Below, piece by piece: positions 7,877-14,936 of a stretch of DNA of 16,240 nucleotides. The notes below the pieces were generated by a model. The model saw only the letters and a program-made list of their open reading frames with translations. It was not told the DNA's origin and did no database searches. Position 1 is the first letter of the stretch. Each line of letters starts with the position of its first letter. The position numbers and the translations under genes were made by a program. The stretch lies in the IMG/VR virus record IMGVR_UViG_3300025011_000002; one strand, given 5' to 3'. This DNA comes from a virus (lineage: Duplodnaviria > Heunggongvirae > Uroviricota > Caudoviricetes).

Positions 7877-9775
7877 TTATGGAAAGTTTAATATAGATGG
7901 AGAGCCAGGTAAATTATTTTTTAATCCAGAAACTATAGCGTTTGGATTATCTAATGTATTTATTTGGAAACCACCATAATTATATGTTGTATTGGCATTA
8001 GAATTATTTGATAATTGGTTTGCTTTATAGCCACCATATCCACCTATTGCCATACCAGGGATAATTCCTGCTGGACCCATAGTAACTAACCCTAATATTC
8101 CTCCGCCAATAGCTCCAGAAAATATAGACTTCATTTGTTCTTCTAATTTACTCAAAGCTATTTTTGCATGGGTAAATAAAATACTGATAGTTCCAACACC
8201 TTCTACTTCAAAAGTTCTTCTCCATTTTTGAAGCCTATTTAACCAATTCATTACTTTATCAATATTATTGTATATTAACGTAGACACCAACCCTATAGAT
8301 AATCCCCATAATCCCATAGAAAGAGTAGCTGCCCTGCTGGTTGCAGAAAAGGCTAAAATGAGAGCATTTCTTGCCGAAGAAATAGCTTTTATGAGCGAAA
8401 CACCTATTATGTTATTTATTAAAAAGGCAACTAATGGAACTATAGTTTTCATTTGCTTGGAAATATCTAATAAAATATTTCCAAGACTCTTCATTGTTCT
8501 TTCAAACTTATCGCCTTGAATAACAGCGGTTATTGCATCCGCCACATTACCTATCGCTTCACTAAATCCACTTTCTGAAAGTTTCATTTGCAATTCCATA
8601 ATGGCGTTTTGCATGTTTATTATTTTTGACTGAGATGATGCTAAAGCAGCACTTAATCCTTGTCCTAATTCTTGTTTTAATTGTTTTGCAAATTTTGGCA
8701 AAAACTCATTGGCAAATACCTTGCCATCTTTTACCATTTTGTTAAATTCTTTTTCAGACTTCCCCATTGCTCTTGCAGCAATACCGAAGGCACCAGGTAT
8801 ATGTTCTCCCAACTGTCTTCTTAATTCTTCCATTGAGATTGTACCCTTGGAAGCCATTTGTTCAACAGCAAGTGAAACTAATTTAAATTGACGAGGAAGG
8901 ATATGCATAACTGTAGAAGCTTGCAATAAAGAATCATAAACACTTCTCATGTCTTTTTGAGATAATGTTTTATTAGCAGCAGCATAGAATTTAGAATAAC
9001 CTTCTGCTGCATCCAACATAGGTTGTCTTAATTCTTTTGCTCTTTTATAAATCCAATCCATTTCTTCTTTAGCCATACCAACATTGGGAGCTAAAGCTTT
9101 AAATCTTACATCAACTGCAATGAGTCTATTGTTTACATCAATTAAGTCTCTTACAAACTTTGCCATATAAGAAGCGGTAATTAACATTAATGCATTTTTT
9201 ACATTAAATAATCCATCAAGAAAACCTTGTTGAGATTGCTTTTGTCTTTCAATTGCTTTTTGTTGCTTTTTTAATTCTCTGGTTACTTCTTTTTCATCAG
9301 ATATTCTTTTTCTTGCGTAACCATTAGCTTGGCTATATGATTGTCTATCTATTGCTGCTTGGTTTTTATAATTTTTAAATGAAGCCATAGCATCAGCTTC
9401 ACCAGAAGTAAAGCCTCTTGTTTTTTTAAGAAATTGAGAATGTTCTGCTCTTGCTTTTGCTATTTGGTCAGATGTTAATGGAGCTTTAAAGTTTCTATTT
9501 ATAGAAGCATTGCCAACAGAATCAACATACATTATCTTAGACTTTGTATCTAAAACTCTCTTATAAGATTTATTTAATCTTTCGGCATTAGATATGTCTC
9601 TACTGACATTTTTGCCAAGGGTCATCCCAAGTGAAGATTTTTTAAATTGTCTTTCAATATTGGCTAATTTTTTAGACAAAGATGTTAATAAACCATCTAC
9701 GGCTTTTAATCCTGCAATAGCTTTTTCGCTATCTATTTGTATTAAACCTTCTAGTCCAAAATCTTTATTAGCCAT
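7877..9775 (-). CDS. Tape measure protein (632 aa)
   Basis: Tape-measure domain motif AVEQMASKGTISMEELRRQLGEHIPGAF.IAARAMG...EFNKMVKDGKV...FLP; helical and Ala-rich; hydrophobic Gly-rich C-terminal segments; follows the chaperone genes. Confidence 0.95.
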   Translation of the reverse strand: MANKDFGLEGLIQIDSEKAIAGLKAVDGLLTSLSKKLANIERQFKKSSLGMTLGKNVSRDISNAERLNKSYKRVLDTKSKIMYVDSVGNASINRNFKAPLTSDQIAKARAEHSQFLKKTRGFTSGEADAMASFKNYKNQAAIDRQSYSQANGYARKRISDEKEVTRELKKQQKAIERQKQSQQGFLDGLFNVKNALMLITASYMAKFVRDLIDVNNRLIAVDVRFKALAPNVGMAKEEMDWIYKRAKELRQPMLDAAEGYSKFYAAANKTLSQKDMRSVYDSLLQASTVMHILPRQFKLVSLAVEQMASKGTISMEELRRQLGEHIPGAFGIAARAMGKSEKEFNKMVKDGKVFANEFLPKFAKQLKQELGQGLSAALASSQSKIINMQNAIMELQMKLSESGFSEAIGNVADAITAVIQGDKFERTMKSLGNILLDISKQMKTIVPLVAFLINNIIGVSLIKAISSARNALILAFSATSRAATLSMGLWGLSIGLVSTLIYNNIDKVMNWLNRLQKWRRTFEVEGVGTISILFTHAKIALSKLEEQMKSIFSGAIGGGILGLVTMGPAGIIPGMAIGGYGGYKANQLSNNSNANTTYNYGGFQINTLDNPNAIVSGLKNNLPGSPSILNFP

Positions 9776-9776
9776 A

Positions 9777-10046
9777 TTATTTCGCTTCCATATAAACTTG
9801 TTGAATCATATCAAAGTCAGATAAGGCTTGAAACATCACAACCATATCTTCAAATGTCCACTTATTACATATATCTATAAAACTATCTTTATTTTTTTCA
9901 TTAAAGTATAGTTGATATATAGGTCGCATATAATCTGGAACTTCAGAATTAGACATTATCATTTCAATTTTTGTTTGAATGTTTTTATCTACTTTTGTAC
10001 CAATTCCAGGAATTGCAACTTTTTTGCTATCTTTTTTAACCCCACT
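9777..10046 (-). CDS. Tail assembly chaperone C-terminal extension (gpT-like), probably made by -1 frameshift
   Basis: The frame of the 61-aa track ORF (9777-9962) stays open upstream to a TGA at 10047-10049, overlapping the chaperone 3' end and both slippery heptamers. No SD precedes ATG 9962. W.FED...M..AL resembles small pre-TMP chaperone proteins. Confidence 0.78.
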   Translation of the reverse strand, partial: SGVKKDSKKVAIPGIGTKVDKNIQTKIEMIMSNSEVPDYMRPIYQLYFNEKNKDSFIDICNKWTFEDMVVMFQALSDFDMIQQVYMEAK

Positions 10047-10471
10047 TCAAAGTTAAACTTCATTGCTTCAATGAAGATTTCTGCTAATTCGTCAAGTTCG
10101 TCAATGCTTAAATCTTCTAAATTGAATTTAACTTCTTTAATGCCATCATCTGATTTTTCAGAAACGATTGCATCTGTTAAAATTCTTTCAAATATTAATA
10201 TAAATAAATCTATATTATCTGCTATTAATTCTATTAATTTGGGAATATTTTCCTTAAAAGAATCAGCATTGGATAATAAACTATTTAATGTATCAATATT
10301 TTCTTTTTGGTCTTCTTTGCTTTTAAATAATAAATCTATTATCATAGAGATTATGGGAGTCGCAGTTATTTTTGATAACTGCGAACTAACCCATAAAGCA
10401 TCTTTTAAGCCCATCTTTTTTAGCTTATATTCTTTATCATCTATATTAAATTTATGATATTTTATACTCAT
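9989..10471 (-). CDS. Tail assembly chaperone (gpG-like)
   Basis: 160 aa, acidic, between tube and TMP; N-terminal F.IDDKEYKLKKM pattern; ends with slippery sites. Confidence 0.85.
   Translation of the reverse strand: MSIKYHKFNIDDKEYKLKKMGLKDALWVSSQLSKITATPIISMIIDLLFKSKEDQKENIDTLNSLLSNADSFKENIPKLIELIADNIDLFILIFERILTDAIVSEKSDDGIKEVKFNLEDLSIDELDELAEIFIEAMKFNFEVGLKKIAKKLQFLELVQK
10019..10037 (-). promoter_or_regulatory. Two in-frame -1 frameshift heptamers A_AAA_AAG (10031-10037 and 10019-10025)
   Basis: The mRNA reads GTG GGG TTA AAA AAG ATA GCA AAA AAG TTG. Both heptamers are in the X_XXY_YYZ phase of the chaperone reading frame. Confidence 0.8.
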
Positions 10472-10511
10472 TTGGTCACTCTCTTTATTATATTGTATTA
10501 TTATTTAGTTT

Positions 10512-11048
10512 TTATAATGGAGATATTACATTGTTAGCGTTTTGTATTTGTCCTGCCAAGGCTGTAACTGACTGTAATGTTGCAGATGCGGTTTCTATTT
10601 TAGATGTACAAGTGCCTGTTAATTCAACATCTACTGTTTCTAAACTCCCCTGATATTTTAATGAAGGATTGCCTTTTATAGCACCTATAAAATTATAAGA
10701 GATATTTAACATAGGGTCTTTGAATGAACAGGTTACTAACATATCAGCAGGAGCATTCATTATTTTAGCTGCACCGATTAAACTTCTGCTTTTTGCAACC
10801 AATTTATGAATTTCTGAGCCATGCATTGCGCTTATTTTAATTTCTGTTTTCTTTGAGTTTTTGAAAGAGAATTGAGTATATTCTCCTGTAACATCTTCTT
10901 TAACATCTACTTGGTCTTGAGGAAATGTTACTTCAATACTACCGTCTGCATCAACTCCACCTTCTTTAACAACATCAATGGTTTTTAAACCTGAAATTGA
11001 CATTGTAAAGTTTATTGCAGCCATATTATATATAGTTGGTGTTGCCAT
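10512..11048 (-). CDS. Tail tube protein (DUF3277-like)
   Basis: Located between sheath and chaperone; TIYN...INFTMSISG...DADGSIEV...KEDVTGE...KTEIKISAMHGS; 178 aa; SD AAGGA. Confidence 0.85.
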   Translation of the reverse strand: MATPTIYNMAAINFTMSISGLKTIDVVKEGGVDADGSIEVTFPQDQVDVKEDVTGEYTQFSFKNSKKTEIKISAMHGSEIHKLVAKSRSLIGAAKIMNAPADMLVTCSFKDPMLNISYNFIGAIKGNPSLKYQGSLETVDVELTGTCTSKIETASATLQSVTALAGQIQNANNVISPL

Positions 11049-11091
11049 TTTTATATATCCTTTATTTATAAATTATAAATTATATTGAACT

Positions 11092-12267
11092 TTATACGTT
11101 CATGTCGCCATCAATATCAACGCTATGAATAGCAGAACTGTATCTGAATTTAACATTTATATAACCAACATATTGTCTAGCTATTCTGTCTGCATCTGAA
11201 ACTTCTGAAACAGGTGTCACTGTTATTTCGTAAGGAACAAGAACTGACTCTGCGTTATAATCTCTTGTTTGATATGTTATAAGTCTGCCTTTAGAAATTT
11301 CTCTATCTAATACTTTAGAAATAGCTGCTGTTATTTGAGCAACGCCACTATCAGTATAAGGAACTTTATTTCCATATGCAGTGTTAACAAATACCAATGA
11401 AACAACGCTCAATGTTTCTTGTTTAACATATCTTGAATATCTTTGTGTATCGCAGAATCTACCAGAAGCCATTACACCTTCTTCATAAATATCTCCGACA
11501 TTAGAAGTTGATATATAGTTTCCATTTTTATTTTTAACATTGGTTTTATTGGTTGCTGTAAGTCTTGTGCCTACTGCCAATGTTTTAGAATCTACCGCTG
11601 TAACTCCTGTTAATTGTAAGAATTTTTCAGTATACATACCTGGTTTTAATGCAGAAACAAACCCTGTTATCGCAGCATCATGTCTTACTAATTCATCATC
11701 TGAGTCTTTTTCGTTTGTTACTACACAAGATGTTGAGTTATAGTTTGCTGCCTTTAAAACAGAAACAATATCAGAAGAGCCAGAGCCTTTAACATCAGCA
11801 TTTGTTCCGTCAATTAATGCTTTATATTCTCTGTCATTAGCTTCAGCCCAGATAGCTACTTCAAGAATGGTTGTATCATCTGAATCAACATCATTGATAA
11901 AATAAAAGTTATCTTCTTCTTCTAATATTGCATCTAAGGCCGATGCTCTTGTTGTATCTGATGATTTAACCATTCCCACAAATACTTTAGCAGGAATTAT
12001 TTCTTGAGAATACATTTTGGCTAAATGTTTACCAAGTTTGCTTGTTGTTGTGAATACTTCTTCTACTTCATCAATGCTTGTAAATTCCATAACTCTTATT
12101 TGAGTTCCGCCTACAAGGGTATCATCTGTAAAGTAAACACCTGTTTGTAATGGACCAGTTGTGTTATCATCATAAGCAAATTCCCCAAGAATCAGAGGGT
12201 ATGATAAGCTTGATTGATTAGCTGTCGCATCTTTTATTTGTAAATTAAATGTTACAAAATTAGACAT
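11092..12267 (-). CDS. Contractile tail sheath protein (DUF3383-like)
   Basis: Motifs EKFLQLTGVT, KNKNGNY, EGVMASGRFCD, KVPYTDSGVAQI and YSSAIHSVDIDG; SD TAGGAG. Confidence 0.93.
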   Translation of the reverse strand: MSNFVTFNLQIKDATANQSSLSYPLILGEFAYDDNTTGPLQTGVYFTDDTLVGGTQIRVMEFTSIDEVEEVFTTTSKLGKHLAKMYSQEIIPAKVFVGMVKSSDTTRASALDAILEEEDNFYFINDVDSDDTTILEVAIWAEANDREYKALIDGTNADVKGSGSSDIVSVLKAANYNSTSCVVTNEKDSDDELVRHDAAITGFVSALKPGMYTEKFLQLTGVTAVDSKTLAVGTRLTATNKTNVKNKNGNYISTSNVGDIYEEGVMASGRFCDTQRYSRYVKQETLSVVSLVFVNTAYGNKVPYTDSGVAQITAAISKVLDREISKGRLITYQTRDYNAESVLVPYEITVTPVSEVSDADRIARQYVGYINVKFRYSSAIHSVDIDGDMNV

Positions 12268-12339
12268 TTTTTTCTCCTAAATATATATTAAATTAGCCAA
12301 TTACTTAGCTCTCTGAGTGTTGAGGAACATCCTCTATTT

Positions 12340-12837
12340 TTATACTTCTTCTATTTCCGCTATAACTTCTTCAAATTCTATGTCTGCATTTTCAATATAT
12401 GATAAATCTTCTGTTATAGAAAGGTTAATATTGAAAGTTAAATCTATTTGAGCTTGTGGTAAAAATTCTGTTATATAAAATTCATTCAATGTTTTTATTT
12501 CAGTTGACCTTGCAATAGATATTCCATGATTATAAAGATATGTTGGAACTACTTCTCCATTTAATGATGATTTAATCAAGAATGCTTTAGATGTACAATC
12601 TTCCCCATAAACTGTCAATCTAACCATCCATTCACAATCATAATAAGTGTCAAAATAGCCTGTTGTTGAATTATATTCTCTTTGTCCCTTATCTAAAGGT
12701 CTTAATAAAAGTTGTTCAAAAAAGAAATAAGAATCAGGATATGCTTTAATCTTTTTCCCTGCAAAAAAGCCATCTAATCCGCTTACTTGTTTTGCAAAAT
12801 ATACAAGATGAGGTTCAAATGTTTTAACATCAAACAT
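12340..12837 (-). CDS. Tail terminator / neck protein
   Basis: Directly before the sheath gene; VRLTVYG...A..IK.SL...AQIDLTFN...YIENADI pattern; its ATG overlaps the upstream stop (TAATG). Confidence 0.72.
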   Translation of the reverse strand: MFDVKTFEPHLVYFAKQVSGLDGFFAGKKIKAYPDSYFFFEQLLLRPLDKGQREYNSTTGYFDTYYDCEWMVRLTVYGEDCTSKAFLIKSSLNGEVVPTYLYNHGISIARSTEIKTLNEFYITEFLPQAQIDLTFNINLSITEDLSYIENADIEFEEVIAEIEEV

Positions 12838-13262
12838 TATTGACCTTCTTTCATAATAAGCAATCCTTCACAATATACAAATTCTTGACCACCAACACCA
12901 TCAGAAACATATCTTTCGGTCATTTCTTCAACTTCATATTGAAATCCATCACCATGAGTATAAATATCTTTGTTAAGTATTTTATCAGTGGATTTGAACT
13001 TTAATAATCCTCTTTGAATATATCCTCTTTTTTGATAGTCTGCAAAATTGCCGTCTTTTCTGTCATTGGCTGAAATATGTTGAATATTTATTCTAACATC
13101 TATTTCGTTCTCGCCATCTCCTGTAAGATTTCCATAATTTACATTTGTGTGTGGAGTTCCAGTTAAATCAACTTCTCCTTCTGTTATTCTTGTCAATGTT
13201 GTATAAAATGATAATTTAGGATGATTTATAGCTTTTTGTATTTGATTTTTTAAAACGCCCAT
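12837..13262 (-). CDS. Head-closure / head-tail joining protein
   Basis: 141 aa, beta-rich (INIQH.S..DR...G.L...D.Y...G.QYEV), within the neck cluster; synteny. Confidence 0.62.
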   Translation of the reverse strand: MGVLKNQIQKAINHPKLSFYTTLTRITEGEVDLTGTPHTNVNYGNLTGDGENEIDVRINIQHISANDRKDGNFADYQKRGYIQRGLLKFKSTDKILNKDIYTHGDGFQYEVEEMTERYVSDGVGGQEFVYCEGLLIMKEGQ

Positions 13263-13865
13263 TTATTTTACCTTTTTATATTTTATTGCAAAATCTACAG
13301 CTTCTAAAAGTTTTCCAGAATCAGTAAGAGGTTGGCTGTGTCCTTTTTTCCAAATTTGGTCAGCTTGACCTTCTTTATCGCTGTTATCTTTTAGTTGATT
13401 AAAAACACTACCTTTAAATTCAGATATTTCTTTTTTAACAGTTTCAGAACAATACTTACCAATTTGAGTCAACATATTTTTAACATTACTACTATTGGAC
13501 ATTAATAGTTTTATTTGTATTTTAGCTACACCAGGTATATCTTTTTTAATATTAGTAAAAGCGTATGTAAAGAATGGTCTTGAAGGAATATGGATTACTG
13601 TTCCTGGTTTTATTCTCCAGACTCTTTCTTCTCCTGTATGGTTTTTAAATCTAACCACACCGCCTTTATGAACATATGTTCTGCCTTCTTCAATGATTCT
13701 TGCTAAATGACCTACACTAATTCTTCCCCCAGATTTAGAAATAGTCCATTTATCATTATCAATTCTTCTGGCTTTATGTCCAAATATACCAAATCTAACT
13801 TCGGAATTATTTAGTTGTTTGAGTTTGGCTATTTTATTTTCAAGCCCTTTTTTATTAAGTTTCAT
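13263..13865 (-). CDS. Tail completion / virion morphogenesis protein (HK97 gp10 / Mu gpG-like)
   Basis: Motifs LARIIEEG...IPSRPFF and KKGHSQPLTDSGKLLEAVDF. Confidence 0.82.
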   Translation of the reverse strand: MKLNKKGLENKIAKLKQLNNSEVRFGIFGHKARRIDNDKWTISKSGGRISVGHLARIIEEGRTYVHKGGVVRFKNHTGEERVWRIKPGTVIHIPSRPFFTYAFTNIKKDIPGVAKIQIKLLMSNSSNVKNMLTQIGKYCSETVKKEISEFKGSVFNQLKDNSDKEGQADQIWKKGHSQPLTDSGKLLEAVDFAIKYKKVK

Positions 13866-13874
13866 TGATATAAA

Positions 13875-14315
13875 TTATTCATTTGGTTCGTAAAATGTAT
13901 CATATGTATTCCTTTTAAATGAATTTTTAACAATATATCCGTCTTCTTGAGCATCATTATTGTCATCAATATCCATTTCATACACACCACCAAAATATGC
14001 TTCTAATATAGAATCTGCTGATAGTCCAGATATTAACTGGTTTTCTAAATCTTTAGCTAAATCTAAATAATATTTATGCTTACTTCCTTCTCTTATAGTT
14101 ATATCATCTATTGATACTTCTTGAGAGGAACCTTGCATAAATTTCATTGCTAAAGTTCTACATATTTCTATAGCAGTTCTTGTTATATTATTATCATTTC
14201 TCCCAAGATAAAAACTTAATTCTTCATCTTCAAAAATATAATTATCTATATCTTTATCTTGAATAATTAATCTTATTTTTCCAATATTTGTTGATATATC
14301 ATAAGTAAAGGCCAT
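13875..14315 (-). CDS. Head-tail connector / adaptor protein
   Basis: N-terminal TYDISTNIGKIRLIIQDKD...IFEDEEL motif and helical A.EICRTLA.KF; first neck gene after the capsid cluster. Confidence 0.8.
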   Translation of the reverse strand: MAFTYDISTNIGKIRLIIQDKDIDNYIFEDEELSFYLGRNDNNITRTAIEICRTLAMKFMQGSSQEVSIDDITIREGSKHKYYLDLAKDLENQLISGLSADSILEAYFGGVYEMDIDDNNDAQEDGYIVKNSFKRNTYDTFYEPNE

Positions 14316-14339
14316 TATTATTCTCTATTATTCTCTATT
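14316..14339. repeat. Tandem repeat of TATTATTCTC (2.4 copies)
   Basis: Read directly: 14316-14325, 14326-14335 and a partial TATT at 14336-14339; spans the stop of the upstream gene and the RBS region of the connector gene. Confidence 0.85.
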
Positions 14340-14874
14340 CTTCTGCTTTAAAAGCTACTCTATCAAGAAACTCTCTAAATTTAGGCAACATTTCTAATTT
14401 TATATTAGAGTTATGAGATTTTACTTCAATCTCAAATTCACTACTAATAGCTAATTTTAAATCAGTAAAAGAAAGATTATATTCTTTAGCTAAAGCACCA
14501 TATTTAATTGGTTTTACTTCTTCAGTTTCTACAATTTCTTCTTGTATAACTTCTTCTTTTATTTCTACAATTTCTTCTTTAACTTTCAATTCTTGTTTTA
14601 AAGAACCACAAGCAACAAATTTTTCTGCCTGTTTAAATGTTAAAAAAGAATTTACTTTCTCATTAAAATCGTAATAAACTCCATCAATATAAGTTCTTCT
14701 ATTAGCATAATATTCATATTCTTCATCATTATATGGAATTATAATATTTGCTCTTATTAAAACTCTTGTTCTTGGAGATTCTACATATATGAATTTGTCA
14801 CCTTGTTTATAACTAATTCCACAATAAGGAAAATCTTTATTTACCTTATATACGAATTTACCTTTACTTTTCAT
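14335..14874 (-). CDS. Post-capsid accessory protein: two N-terminal repeats, an acidic linker and a C-terminal IF2-N-like domain
   Basis: SD AGAGG. Repeats YKVNKDFPYCGISYKQGDK and YYANRRTYIDGVYYDFNEK; linker EEIVEIKEEVIQEEIVETEE; C-terminus IKYGALAKEYNLSFTDL...IEVKSHNSNI. Confidence 0.75.
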   Translation of the reverse strand: MKSKGKFVYKVNKDFPYCGISYKQGDKFIYVESPRTRVLIRANIIIPYNDEEYEYYANRRTYIDGVYYDFNEKVNSFLTFKQAEKFVACGSLKQELKVKEEIVEIKEEVIQEEIVETEEVKPIKYGALAKEYNLSFTDLKLAISSEFEIEVKSHNSNIKLEMLPKFREFLDRVAFKAEE

Positions 14875-14891
14875 AAAACCTCTTTAATATT

Positions 14892-14922
14892 AAAATGTGA
14901 GGGAAATAATTTTTCCCTCACA
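14892..14922 (-). terminator. Intrinsic terminator after the major capsid gene
   Basis: Perfect 11-bp inverted repeat TGTGAGGGAAA (14896-14906) / TTTCCCTCACA (14912-14922) with a 5-nt loop, followed on the minus strand by TTTT then an AT-rich run. Confidence 0.85.
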
Positions 14923-14936
14923 AATTAAATTTTATC

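Noticed and set aside
9912-10457. 181-aa plus-strand ORF
   Set aside because: Lies antisense to the chaperone gene; its Ser/Phe/Ile-rich composition is typical of a shadow ORF; no recognisable motif.
11063-11070. T4-type late promoter TATAAATA
   Set aside because: Seen in only one spacer and also inside a CDS (194-201); expected by chance in AT-rich DNA; the gene set is not T4-like.
1078-11743. Short plus-strand ORFs at 1078, 3144, 3519, 4029, 4325, 7546, 8268, 8709, 9594 and 11540
   Set aside because: All are antisense to well-supported structural genes and show no family motifs.
13593-13682. About 30-aa insert between IEEG and IPSRPF in the tail completion protein
   Set aside because: Variable-length inserts at this position are common in this family.
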